DNA of 35,379 nt from a virus. Lineage: Duplodnaviria; Caudoviricetes. Of the stretch, positions 16,280-25,777 are shown piece after piece. The translations under genes were made by a program, and so were the position numbers. The stretch is taken from IMG/VR virus record IMGVR_UViG_3300025890_000063, positions 1 to 35,379 of that record; one strand, 5' to 3'. The notes under the pieces are model-generated. The model saw only the letters and a program-made list of their open reading frames with translations. It ran no database searches and was not told where the DNA came from. Numbering within the stretch: position 1 is the stretch's first letter; each line of letters starts with the position of its first letter.

Positions 16280-18612
16280 TATCTATAAACTCCTGACTCT
16301 AGAAGCCCTCGCAAGATTACATCAACTGAGGGTTCAAAGCCGAACGAAGCATAATAAGACGCTATGAATTCCCTTATATCGTCTTCCGGGACAATCCGTC
16401 CGTTGAATTCCAGTTCGCCGCCAAGTAACTCCTGTGCGTCAAGGCTGGTAAGCTCCTTTGTTTTTTCGCCTCCAAAAGTGAAGTCAAAGCCTCGCCCCTC
16501 TATATCGCCCATCCAAAAACCGTAAGGATTCAAGCTAACTTCAGTTAACATAAGATCGACTTGCTTTTGTAGCTCTACGGGGTTGTTCGCCGCTTCTGGG
16601 TTAAGGCCTGCCCATTCAACTAACTTTCGCTCTACCTTTGCCTCTTGCGCTTTGTCTAAGCCAGCAGCTGCGATTGCAGTCTGGGCAGCAGATCGGAGCT
16701 TGCTTACATCTGGGATATCTGTTTGCCCTCCCTCTCCTTTTAGGATAGATGCCTGCGTTTTGAGCATTTCCCTAAAATCTTTCTTGTCTAGTTTCTCCCG
16801 CCAATCCAAAGGATTCAATTGAGAGAAAGAATCTGGGTCTGTAGCCGCTTGCAAGACCAGATCTGTATAAAACTTATCGTCACTAACGGCGCTTGTCTTG
16901 CCCTCGTTTTCCAAGAATGTCAGCAATTTATTAGTGTCCTCGGCTGTCATGTCTCTGGACGCTTCTTCTATGTCCAGATCAATGCCGCGCCGCGCCAATA
17001 GCTTTTGCTGCTCTAACGCTCTGGCCGAAAAATCCCCCTGCCTGTCCTCTAGCGCCTCTATTAAAAGCCTTTGCGGCTTACTAGGGATATTGTACCCTAA
17101 GATTTCTTCTTTCGTTGTTATCTCACCGAGGGTTATCTTTAACTCTAGATCGTCTACTACATCTTGGGTTTCAGCGTCCGACCGGTCCTCAAAAGACGCC
17201 CGCTGTTCTTTGGCTAGCGTCTTTCTCCTCCTAATAATTTCAAGCTGGTGTTCTGGATTTACTACCCTTTCCGACACGCCTTCAGGCGGCTCTTCGCCCA
17301 GCTCAAGGGCGATAAGCGCTATCTGTGAAGCGGCCAAGCTTTGCTTGTTTAAAGCGTCACGATAAAGCCTGTCGCGTTGGGCTATTTTTGCTGAGGCACG
17401 GTCCTTAAGCTTAAGCCTGGGCCCAAGCCCCAAAGACGAATAGCGGCTGTCCCCTACGGCTGCAACGCTCGTCCTATTATCAAGGCCAACTTCGATGCCT
17501 GTTTTGAACCATTTCTTACCAGAGGTATAAGCTTTGTTCTTACCGTACCAGAGAGCCAGCCCGCCTGGCCCTTTGCCTTCTTCCTGGCGGAAGTCTATAT
17601 GCACAGAGCCATCTGGATAATGGCCCACACCAACAGCGCCATGCTTAACAAACAAGGACACAGCCCTAGCCTTCTCGTTGTCAGGCAGACCGTTAAGGTC
17701 AATATCTATAGCGTCCCCGTGTGAATGGCGACTGTCTTTGGAAAACGACACCTGGTCGTTATGCTTCTTAGACCTGTATCCAGACGTTATTCTAAGCTTC
17801 TTGCCGAATTCATCGGTCACTTGGTCAAGTGCTTTAACAACGCGAGCAGGCATTTCAGCTTCTTTGAAGCGCTCGTTTCTGAAATCCGTCCACTCATAAT
17901 GCCGAGAATGGAAATTATCTGCCGTATATGTGCCGCTTTCCGGCAAAGACAGGCTACTAATCAGCCCCTCGGGATCGTCTTCTAGCTGGCGCTCTGCTAG
18001 CGTGGTTACGGCTTTTTGCTCTAAGGCCTTACGGCGCTCGTCTTTTTCTATGTTCGACAGGTCAGATGTTTCGATCAAGCGTTGGCCGTCTGCTATTGCA
18101 GCCCCAATGCTATCAGGATCCGCATAAACCTCGGACATTAGCTTTTCAACTGACTGATCAAGCACAGAGCGACTGTATCTTTCGCTTTCCTGTGTTTGTA
18201 GGCCGCGAGCTTTAAACTCGTGCTTCTTTGTGTCCTGTTGAAGGACCAATGCCGCCCGTTCCTTCAAATGCTCCGGCGCTCTTTTGTATAAGCTTTCAGC
18301 TTCGGTTCTGTAGGCCTCTAATCTCTTGTCAGAAAAACCTATCGCCCCTGGCTCAACCTCTTTAAACTCATTTTGCAAAGCCTCGTCTTGGCCTGCACGG
18401 AAATCTAATAGTTGCTTTTCAAAACCAAACTCTAAGCTTTTCTCAAGCTTCGCCTGATCTCTTTGTTTATCAGCTTCAAGCACGCCATCAAGTCGGCTAA
18501 CAGCGCCACCCAATCCAACAAGCGCCTGACCAACGCTTGACTGAACGTTCCCGCTTAAACGTGACCGATTGATAGCTGAATTGAAACCGTTGTATTCTGG
18601 GATTTTAGCCAT
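16279..18612 (-). CDS. Ejection protein with peptidase M15 (murein peptidase) domain
   Basis: Start MAKIPEY at 18612; ITSGYRS..HN......SRH..GDAIDI...VHIDFR. Confidence 0.85.
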   Translation of the reverse strand: MAKIPEYNGFNSAINRSRLSGNVQSSVGQALVGLGGAVSRLDGVLEADKQRDQAKLEKSLEFGFEKQLLDFRAGQDEALQNEFKEVEPGAIGFSDKRLEAYRTEAESLYKRAPEHLKERAALVLQQDTKKHEFKARGLQTQESERYSRSVLDQSVEKLMSEVYADPDSIGAAIADGQRLIETSDLSNIEKDERRKALEQKAVTTLAERQLEDDPEGLISSLSLPESGTYTADNFHSRHYEWTDFRNERFKEAEMPARVVKALDQVTDEFGKKLRITSGYRSKKHNDQVSFSKDSRHSHGDAIDIDLNGLPDNEKARAVSLFVKHGAVGVGHYPDGSVHIDFRQEEGKGPGGLALWYGKNKAYTSGKKWFKTGIEVGLDNRTSVAAVGDSRYSSLGLGPRLKLKDRASAKIAQRDRLYRDALNKQSLAASQIALIALELGEEPPEGVSERVVNPEHQLEIIRRRKTLAKEQRASFEDRSDAETQDVVDDLELKITLGEITTKEEILGYNIPSKPQRLLIEALEDRQGDFSARALEQQKLLARRGIDLDIEEASRDMTAEDTNKLLTFLENEGKTSAVSDDKFYTDLVLQAATDPDSFSQLNPLDWREKLDKKDFREMLKTQASILKGEGGQTDIPDVSKLRSAAQTAIAAAGLDKAQEAKVERKLVEWAGLNPEAANNPVELQKQVDLMLTEVSLNPYGFWMGDIEGRGFDFTFGGEKTKELTSLDAQELLGGELEFNGRIVPEDDIREFIASYYASFGFEPSVDVILRGLLESGVYR

Positions 18613-19087
18613 GAAGGTAACTAGACCCCCTAACACCAGAACGCTTATTGCGGGAATACCTGTCGTAAGCAGAACTGTAACCATCAAGAACGCTCGAAGT
18701 CGCGCCAATGATAGACCCGAACCGCGCTTGATCCGCGCTCGCTTCCGCAACCTGTGCCTGATTGAGCAAGCCGGACCTTGAAAGCTCACCGCTGTAGACC
18801 TCATTCAAAGCATCTCGTTGGCTCTTTTGTGCAGTTCGCCCAATTGTCGCCAATACTGAAGTGTCAGTTGATCCACCTTGAGCGCGAGCAATCTGCTTTG
18901 ACCTTAACTCTTTGCCGCGATTGAAAATCTCCTCTGCCTTCTTTTGAGCCAGAGCCGCTTCAATCCCAGCCTGTGCCTTTAGCTCCTTGGCGCGTCGGTC
19001 AAGGTTCTTGCCTTGAGTTTGCCCCTGAACCAAGTTGCCTAGCATCTTCATTCCCTGCGCGGCAACAAACGCTTCAAGCCCACTCAT
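18605..19087 (-). CDS. Small ejection (internal virion) protein, T7 gp14-like position
   Basis: A/Q/G-rich helical 160 aa, synteny. Confidence 0.7.
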   Translation of the reverse strand: MSGLEAFVAAQGMKMLGNLVQGQTQGKNLDRRAKELKAQAGIEAALAQKKAEEIFNRGKELRSKQIARAQGGSTDTSVLATIGRTAQKSQRDALNEVYSGELSRSGLLNQAQVAEASADQARFGSIIGATSSVLDGYSSAYDRYSRNKRSGVRGSSYLHG

Positions 19088-19434
19088 TGAGAGCCTCCAT
19101 GAATCCAGTAACTGCCCTCGAAAGGACGAAAGTTTAAGTGTTTCAACAGCTTATCCGCACCCTCTATTGCCATATCGCAATCAGAAACTAAGGGTTTATT
19201 GCCCTCGTGCCTCTGAATTAGCTTCTTTGCCTGTCGCACAATCGTGACAGGCGGAACGTCACCCAGTCTTTCGAAAACCAGCCAGTCAAACTCAGGCATG
19301 CCAAACACGGCACCCAAGGCGACCGGGCTGCCATCGCGTGAAACCTTCACACCGTAAAACGTCTGGCCCTCTAGTCTTGGGTCTTCAATGACCTGCCTGA
19401 TATCATCCATTGTAAGAGTGCTAACCTCGATCAT
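19084..19434 (-). CDS. GNAT-fold-like virion assembly protein (T7 gp13-like position)
   Basis: A.KLLKHLNF motif; between tail tube B and ejection genes. Confidence 0.6.
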   Translation of the reverse strand: MIEVSTLTMDDIRQVIEDPRLEGQTFYGVKVSRDGSPVALGAVFGMPEFDWLVFERLGDVPPVTIVRQAKKLIQRHEGNKPLVSDCDMAIEGADKLLKHLNFRPFEGSYWIHGGSQ

Positions 19435-22159
19435 TTGTCACAATCTGAGGAATGAGCGCTTGTATTGTGGCGGGATAAGGAGCGGAGCATTCAACCACAA
19501 CCCTACAATCAGTGTCGAAATCGCTGTCGAGAGAAAAGGCATCATAGTCTAGATTTTCAAATAAAGTGTTATCCGCAACAGCTTTTCCGCCAATCGTTGT
19601 GGCTGCTTTCCTTAAATCGCCGTCAGCCATTACTTGACCAATCATTTTTCTAGCGCCAATTCTAATGCCCTCTAGAATCACATATGATAGAATCATACCA
19701 AGCTTCGGAACCCGCTTACGCTGCGCTAAAGCCGTCCCCATCTCCGCGCCATAGGTCAGCTTCGGTGTAACCATTCGCGCTTTGTAAGGCAGGCCTACAG
19801 CTACCAGCTGGGAGGCTGCCGGTATTTGAATTTGGTTGCTCTCAACCCGGTCCTCTGATCCAATCGTCAGACTGGCCGCCCCATCCGCCCAGGCAATCAC
19901 CTCACGCCCCGCTAAGTGGGTAAGACCTGTCACATTTGTTTGAGCACTTCCGAGATTCTGATAGATGAAACAATCCATTATTCGGTTGCTGTCGCCACCT
20001 TCGGCTTCTGTCTCTTTCGCCATTCTCTCAGTATATCGGCGCTCTACTGAATTGATCTCTCTGTTTGTCTGGTAGTGTATTTGATCGTTGTCTCCCTCCG
20101 GTAGGATAGCAACATCTTCAATCAGATCGGTCTTGGTTACGTCTAGCGCCGTCGTGTTTATCTCTGTCCATCCTTGGATAGACTGGTCTTTCTTGAAGTT
20201 CAGAACCGCCACTTTACCGTTACTCAATACACAATGAATTCTGATATCTGGCTGGTGTTGAACGGCCATTGATTTAATGCCGCTCTTTAGAATGTCTGGA
20301 TTAAGTTCTGATAGGTCGGTCGCTGTAAAGTCGTTTGCTTCAAAGCTGTAGCTAACAGAAAGCAACTTTCTACCGCCTTCTTGCGCAAAGAAGCCGAAAT
20401 TCCCAATTCTTACAGGCGGGATTGAGGCGCACGTCTCAGTTGAGACGAGGCGTGCAGTGAAGTCATTAGCAGTCAAGGGGTCGTCTCTAGAGGACGAACG
20501 AACGGAATAAACCCCTCCGGTTGTCCCAATTACCAACCTTTGGAGCGACATGATCCAAACAGCATCTTGTGCAGAGCCGGAACCGAAAGATCGGTTAAAC
20601 GGAGCGGAATCTCCTGCTTTAGTCACGTCATATGAAGAGAAGTTGTCTGTCTCTGAAGCCCAAACCTGAGACCCTTTAACCCACATAAGCCGACCGTCGT
20701 GAAAGGTCACCGCAACCGGCCAACCTCGATAGTCAGACCAAGCAGACTCCTGCCAAATCGAAGTCTCTATTGAATGCCCAAATTGACTAATAATGTCTAC
20801 TGTAACGGAAGTACCGCTTCCAACCTCGACAACACGGGCAACGCCTGATTGCTCCGCTCCGTCATACTCCAGCTTTGCAGTTACAATCGCAGAACCATAG
20901 CCGCTATCATCGATTTCAAGACGGTAATAAACCGTCTCTTCGGTAAAAGCGTCGTTGTGCAAACCACCTTCATTGGCGGTGAACGACTTCCAAGTTGAAA
21001 ACCCAGTTGGAACGCCAAACGCCCGCTTTAGATGAACCGTCGTTCCTGTCCAATCTGAGGAGGTCAGAGAAACGCGAAGATCTCTTGCTGTGCCTCTTCC
21101 CGTTACTTTAATGTAGCCTGTGGACTGGTTATCACTTGTGAAGGTGTACGATGTCGCTTTTCTGTCATGTGTCAATCGCCACAATGAGCCTAAATGCCCG
21201 TCGGCAAATATGCTCTCAGATGCCGTAAGCGTCGAGTTGCCAACCGTGTTCCCCGTGTTTATGGTCACATAATTTGACCCGGGATTAAGAAAAGGACCGT
21301 CCCTCAAGTCGAACAGCTCTACACCAAAGCTATTGCCGGAAGAAGAGGTGATTTTGTGAGGGGCGTATGAGCCGTGCGCAAGATAGAGAACGCTGATTGA
21401 TTGCGTCCAGTTTATTTCAAATAAATCGGCCTGAATGTAAGGCGCGTCAACAACAATAGGCCCCGCTGTTTCAACTGTTACGCTATTAACCTGCCTTTGG
21501 ACTTTAGGGTCTGTTGAATAAAGCTCAACCCAAAAGTCAGTTGTGGGAGTAAAGCCGATAGAATGCACGCCAGTATTAAGAGCAATGGTTCTCTTGATAT
21601 CATCTGCACCGGCGGCTGTACCTACCTTGAGGTAAACAGGACCACGACGAACATCAACTGTAATGCCGTGTTCATCACCACTGTCGGTCAATGTGACTTG
21701 CTGCCTAACCCCTGCCCTGCCATTATGGGAGGCCGTCAGGCGCAAGATGTTACCGGACACCGTTGCCGTGCCATCCGCATCAACAAAGGTTGTCCAGCCA
21801 GATATAGAGCCAAAATCCCCATCAGCGATTGTAAAGGTAGCGCCGTTTCTCTGGATAGGTACACCTTCTTCAAGAAAGCGTGCTTTTTGGTCGGTTAGCT
21901 CAACCAAATACTTCGTTGTTCTATCAACCGCGAAGGGGATTATCTTCACTGTTGACGTTGAGCCGGCAGCACTGCTTAAGTTCGCTTCTGACACGTACTC
22001 AAGACCCGGTCGCATCTTTTGAGGGCCAAGCGTTGTAGCCAAGAAGTTAGTGCTTTCGGAGAGAGCGAGACGCATCTTGTCAAGATCAATGCGCGCTAGT
22101 CCCTTCTCCGAAATCACGCCTGCGGTAAAGCCGAGTAGAGGAGCGTTAACTTTAGCCAT
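19421..22159 (-). CDS. Tail tubular protein B (nozzle)
   Basis: F.AGVIS....RID, MRPG, GWP.AV.FHDGRL, VGLPY; 912 aa beta-rich. Confidence 0.88.
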   Translation of the reverse strand: MAKVNAPLLGFTAGVISEKGLARIDLDKMRLALSESTNFLATTLGPQKMRPGLEYVSEANLSSAAGSTSTVKIIPFAVDRTTKYLVELTDQKARFLEEGVPIQRNGATFTIADGDFGSISGWTTFVDADGTATVSGNILRLTASHNGRAGVRQQVTLTDSGDEHGITVDVRRGPVYLKVGTAAGADDIKRTIALNTGVHSIGFTPTTDFWVELYSTDPKVQRQVNSVTVETAGPIVVDAPYIQADLFEINWTQSISVLYLAHGSYAPHKITSSSGNSFGVELFDLRDGPFLNPGSNYVTINTGNTVGNSTLTASESIFADGHLGSLWRLTHDRKATSYTFTSDNQSTGYIKVTGRGTARDLRVSLTSSDWTGTTVHLKRAFGVPTGFSTWKSFTANEGGLHNDAFTEETVYYRLEIDDSGYGSAIVTAKLEYDGAEQSGVARVVEVGSGTSVTVDIISQFGHSIETSIWQESAWSDYRGWPVAVTFHDGRLMWVKGSQVWASETDNFSSYDVTKAGDSAPFNRSFGSGSAQDAVWIMSLQRLVIGTTGGVYSVRSSSRDDPLTANDFTARLVSTETCASIPPVRIGNFGFFAQEGGRKLLSVSYSFEANDFTATDLSELNPDILKSGIKSMAVQHQPDIRIHCVLSNGKVAVLNFKKDQSIQGWTEINTTALDVTKTDLIEDVAILPEGDNDQIHYQTNREINSVERRYTERMAKETEAEGGDSNRIMDCFIYQNLGSAQTNVTGLTHLAGREVIAWADGAASLTIGSEDRVESNQIQIPAASQLVAVGLPYKARMVTPKLTYGAEMGTALAQRKRVPKLGMILSYVILEGIRIGARKMIGQVMADGDLRKAATTIGGKAVADNTLFENLDYDAFSLDSDFDTDCRVVVECSAPYPATIQALIPQIVTNDRG

Positions 22160-22778
22160 TTTCGCGGTTTATACGCCCCATGCGACCACCAGAACGAGCG
22201 GCAACCAAAGAAGTTAAGCGAGGCCGAATCACGTCACTGTTTGCGCTGTCTTCGCTCTGTGCTTCTTTTAGCTCTTTGATGTATCCCACGCGGAAGTTCT
22301 GAGCGGTTGACAAAGATGAATTCAACCTGTTAGCCGATTTCCACGCCATCAAATAGGAAAGTGCCGATTTAAAATATTCCGGCCAAGTGGCGGTTAGCGC
22401 GTCGTCGATTGTCGGTAAGTTGACGTAAATTAGATATAGCGTCTCTTCGTTACCATAGAGCTTGCCGCCCTGATCTAAATATTTGGATTCACAACCTAGC
22501 CGCCCTACTTTGATCGTTTTTACCCAGCCAGAAGGCTTATCGAAGCCGTACTTCCAGAAAGGATGCTCGCTTGCGCCTCCTTCTGAATAAACAGCGTTCT
22601 TGCTTAAGATCTCTGTCTTAGTGGCAAAGTTCCAATCGTGCTCTTCATAGAGCCGCTTAACGGAGCTTTCAAAGACAGCATCCATTGAATAGCGTGGTTC
22701 AACGTCGTCTGTTATCAACGCAAGGGGCGAGAAACCTAAAAGGTTTAAAGTGTCGTTGTAAATATCAAGCTTCGCCAT
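22152..22778 (-). CDS. Tail tubular protein A (adaptor)
   Basis: LDIYN..L.LLG, H.WNFA, WP.YF..AL...MA. Confidence 0.88.
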   Translation of the reverse strand: MAKLDIYNDTLNLLGFSPLALITDDVEPRYSMDAVFESSVKRLYEEHDWNFATKTEILSKNAVYSEGGASEHPFWKYGFDKPSGWVKTIKVGRLGCESKYLDQGGKLYGNEETLYLIYVNLPTIDDALTATWPEYFKSALSYLMAWKSANRLNSSLSTAQNFRVGYIKELKEAQSEDSANSDVIRPRLTSLVAARSGGRMGRINRENG

Positions 22779-22828
22779 AACGCAACTCTACCCATTCTTC
22801 TTGGTAGGAAACAGCGTCTGCTTGGCCA

Positions 22829-23242
22829 TCAGTTGACGGCACCTTCGGTCGGCTGCATCAGCTCATGTGCCATTGCATAAGCCACCGCTTTGTCTGTTAT
22901 GTTGTCGGCCATTCTCTCGCCACCCAGCAGAATTGCCCACTTTGTGTTAGGGCCTGTCCACTTAACCTCAAGCCCTTCGGCGAGGTCGTCAAACGTGTTG
23001 AAGTACGCACGCAACACGCGAACGATAACGCCGGATTGCCCATTTTCAACCACTCGAATAAGTGCGTCTGCTGAATCATCTTTAGTGCGGACTTCCACCA
23101 AGTCACCCACGCTCAAAGATTGTTGAACGTTTCGCCAAAATCGAGGGTCAACCAGTGACGCCTGGTCAACGTTGCCCTCAACCTCAACAGTGAAGTTGCG
23201 CGTTGTATTTGGGGAAAGCTTCTTTGGTCCGTAATAAGTCAT
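22829..23242 (-). CDS. Hypothetical virion-module protein
   Basis: AAGGA RBS before ATG 23242 (MTYYGPK). Confidence 0.7.
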   Translation of the reverse strand: MTYYGPKKLSPNTTRNFTVEVEGNVDQASLVDPRFWRNVQQSLSVGDLVEVRTKDDSADALIRVVENGQSGVIVRVLRAYFNTFDDLAEGLEVKWTGPNTKWAILLGGERMADNITDKAVAYAMAHELMQPTEGAVN

Positions 23243-23255
23243 TATGCATTCCTTA

Positions 23256-23282
23256 AAGGAAAGAGGGGGCGTCCCCCCTCTC
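23256..23282 (-). terminator. Hairpin/terminator after head genes
   Basis: GAGAGGGGG-GACG-CCCCCTCTT-TCCTTT. Confidence 0.55.
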
Positions 23283-23289
23283 GCCAAGA

Positions 23290-23583
23290 TTAATCCGCGT
23301 CACCGACGCCAATTTGTGAACCGTCAGATAAATCGACGGATGTCGCGCCCACTGACAGCACGATGTATTGCCGGAAGTCTGCGGGCAGGCTGTTGGAAGA
23401 AGAGGTCCGATGGACGCACATCACTAGATCACCAACACCCATTCCACGGCTTGCGCCGTCTGAGATATAGGCATCCGTGTTGACCGTCGCCCCTGTGTCG
23501 ACGGTATCAAGGAACCACAAACGTGGGGCTCCTGCCGCCTGACCGTTCGCCATAAGCGTTAGTTTTGTTGCATCATATGCCAT
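23290..23583 (-). CDS. Capsid decoration-like protein
   Basis: 97-aa beta-rich protein directly after capsid gene, AAGGAG RBS. Confidence 0.6.
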   Translation of the reverse strand: MAYDATKLTLMANGQAAGAPRLWFLDTVDTGATVNTDAYISDGASRGMGVGDLVMCVHRTSSSNSLPADFRQYIVLSVGATSVDLSDGSQIGVGDAD

Positions 23584-23595
23584 GATGGTAACTCC

Positions 23596-24423
23596 TTAAG
23601 ATTCGTCAAAGAGGACTTCGAGAATGCCCGCTTGTTGCAGAATTGAAGCCCCGTGATGCACAGAGCCACGAACGTAGCTGTAGGCGTCCTCGCTATTGAA
23701 GCCAGCCGCATAACCGTCTTCGCCAGGAAGAAGGTTGTTCGCATAGCCAAGAGAGTCACGATGCCAGATGTAATTTTTACAAGCAGCCGTGTCTTTGCCT
23801 GCTGCGCGCACGTCCATGAAGTGAACCGCATTCATCCAGCGCCGCCTCTCCTGCTGCGGCCCCTCAAGAACGCCGTCTCTCACATATTCCGAGCTTGTAA
23901 AAGCCGGGATCTGCTGAAGCTGCGCCCAAACTTTAGGCGACCAAGCGCAATAAATATTGCCGTCATCGTCGATTTCATTGTTATACAGTTCTGCGAGGAT
24001 TTTAGTGACATCGCCGAGCACGACAGCCGTAAGCGCCGTGCCTCCATTGAACTGGTTGGTTGCGCCCGTAAGCGTGTCTCGAATAACTGAGTCACCTTCA
24101 CGCCGAACAGCCTTGGCCGCTCGATTTTGCATAATCATTCTTTGGTCAGCCTGACCATTAACGATATCAAAAGACTTCTTAGTCTCTTTGTAGTGCTTTT
24201 CCTCCAGAGTGATCGTAGGTTGTGTGTCTGATGGATTAACAGATGGGATTAGGCCGTTACCCTGTCGGGTTACCATCTCAGGCGGAGCGCCTGCCACAAG
24301 GAACTTAGCCGTATTGCCGTTGATTTCCGCTTCGTCGACGTATGTGCCGTCGAATAGTCCGCCTGAGTTAGAGAATGCGTTCACAAACTCCTGGCGGTAA
24401 TGAGTAAGATAGTGTGCTGACAC
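23596..24423 (-). CDS. Major capsid protein
   Basis: YRQEF..AF, FLVAG, FTS.EYV; follows scaffold; GAGGA RBS, GTG start. Confidence 0.85.
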   Translation of the reverse strand: MSAHYLTHYRQEFVNAFSNSGGLFDGTYVDEAEINGNTAKFLVAGAPPEMVTRQGNGLIPSVNPSDTQPTITLEEKHYKETKKSFDIVNGQADQRMIMQNRAAKAVRREGDSVIRDTLTGATNQFNGGTALTAVVLGDVTKILAELYNNEIDDDGNIYCAWSPKVWAQLQQIPAFTSSEYVRDGVLEGPQQERRRWMNAVHFMDVRAAGKDTAACKNYIWHRDSLGYANNLLPGEDGYAAGFNSEDAYSYVRGSVHHGASILQQAGILEVLFDES

Positions 24424-24462
24424 TTTTCTATTCCTCTATTGAATTGAAAGATAAGTGCCTTT

Positions 24463-24551
24463 CCTTCGCTTTTCCCTCGAAAGGGGTCTCTAGAAGGCTG
24501 ATTTTGTTGACTAATTTGAATGGTTGCGCGGTCCTCGTAAGGTTTACGCGC
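24463..24551 (-). promoter_or_regulatory. Two UNCG-capped interrupted hairpins in capsid leader
   Basis: GCGCG-TAAA-CCT-TACG-AGG-AC-CGCGC and CCTTC-...-CCCT-TTCG-AGGG-...-GAAGG. Confidence 0.55.
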
Positions 24552-24564
24552 CGGTAAATTGTCT

Positions 24565-24594
24565 AAAAGAAAAAGGGGAGCTGAAAACTCCCCT
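24565..24594 (-). terminator. Intrinsic terminator after scaffold gene
   Basis: AGGGGAG-TTTTCAG-CTCCCCT-TTTTCTTTT. Confidence 0.8.
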
Positions 24595-24622
24595 CCTGCG
24601 ATCCTGTAATATCGGGTCGACT

Positions 24623-25486
24623 TTATGCTGCGCCCTTGAAGGCTAGTGGAGTGATTTCCTTGATCCGCTTCTGGACCTCTTCTGATGTATATTTTTTTGG
24701 GTCTTTTTCTTGCAGGCTCATTAGCTTGTCGTACTCTTCTTTGGCCGAGGTTATTACGCCAGGATTAGACGCAATATGCAGCTCGTCCCCATATCTCTCT
24801 TGAGCCAAAGGCGCTAGCATTCGGAAGAATTCAGGGCTATCCCCTAACACCGTCCCATCTGCAAGCTGCAGGTCAAGTACAGGATGCATTTCGCCTTCTA
24901 CTCTTGGCCCCGCGTGTTCTTGGACAAGCTTAGTGATCGCCCCTTTCATTGGCTCAAACCGATCAGCGCCAAACTCTTCGACTAGCTGATACTTTGCTTT
25001 TTCCGCTGCGGCTGCAACCGCTTGGATTTTTTGATCCTTCAGGCCTTCGCCAAAATTATCGACAAATTCCATTGCCGCTTTAACAACGTCAGGCGTTGCA
25101 TTGACTCCATGCATCGTATCGAAGAATTGCCCAAGCATTGCTTTTGTTTCTTCTGGAACGTCTTCGCCCATTTCCATGTATTCAGACGGTTCGTTGGGGA
25201 TTCCCTGCTTGGCACGCCAGTTTGATAACTGCTCGTCGGTTGGGTTTTCTGGCAGCTTTGCAACGAAGTCGCCGCTTGATAACTTTTTCTCAAGCTCTCT
25301 GTAGCCACGGAAAACGTCTGAAGGGTCCTTCCAGCCCTTCCCGATAAGGTGCTTATGCTCCTTGTCGTCGTCTCCTGCTAGACGTGCGGCCCAATCGTCA
25401 GGCCAACTGAATTCAGCGGGTGCCGCTTCTGGCGCTGGTTGTACTTCTGGGGCCGCTTCAGCAGCTTGTTGGATCTCTTCGGGCAC
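24623..25486 (-). CDS. Capsid scaffolding protein
   Basis: Acidic, WP.DW, YRELEKKL, G.P..P..Y; between portal and capsid. Confidence 0.8.
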   Translation of the reverse strand: MPEEIQQAAEAAPEVQPAPEAAPAEFSWPDDWAARLAGDDDKEHKHLIGKGWKDPSDVFRGYRELEKKLSSGDFVAKLPENPTDEQLSNWRAKQGIPNEPSEYMEMGEDVPEETKAMLGQFFDTMHGVNATPDVVKAAMEFVDNFGEGLKDQKIQAVAAAAEKAKYQLVEEFGADRFEPMKGAITKLVQEHAGPRVEGEMHPVLDLQLADGTVLGDSPEFFRMLAPLAQERYGDELHIASNPGVITSAKEEYDKLMSLQEKDPKKYTSEEVQKRIKEITPLAFKGAA

Positions 25487-25489
25487 TTG

Positions 25490-25777
25490 TTATCCTTTCA
25501 CGGGCAAGTTGGTTTTGATGATTCTTAGGAGCTGATTGCCTACAAAGCGTCGGCCTTCAGCAAAAGCAGTATCCCTGTCTGATTCTGGGAAGTAGCTCAT
25601 ATCGTAGGTTCTGCACACAACCTCTATAATCGCCTTCATGGCGCGCTGTTGTGCGTCCTTTGATGCTTCGCCGCGTGCAACTGCCTGAATGTCGTTGTGC
25701 AGAACGTGCGCTAGTTCGAAGGCACCGGGCTTCTCAACAGTCTGCACGGGTGCATAAGGTTTATGCTGCAAGTTCAT
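25490..25777 (-). CDS. Bbp19-like small head protein
   Basis: DRDTAFAEGRRFVG..L motif after portal. Confidence 0.75.
   Translation of the reverse strand: MNLQHKPYAPVQTVEKPGAFELAHVLHNDIQAVARGEASKDAQQRAMKAIIEVVCRTYDMSYFPESDRDTAFAEGRRFVGNQLLRIIKTNLPVKG

Noticed and set aside
10630-18127. Many short ORFs antisense or out of frame within ejection genes
   Set aside because: Shadow ORFs of long coding frames with no independent motifs
18613-18804. N-terminal extension of the 841-aa ORF (likewise 29413-29526, 23243-23287, 6848-6928, 4276-4389)
   Set aside because: Overlap upstream genes or hairpins; internal ATGs give better coupling/RBS
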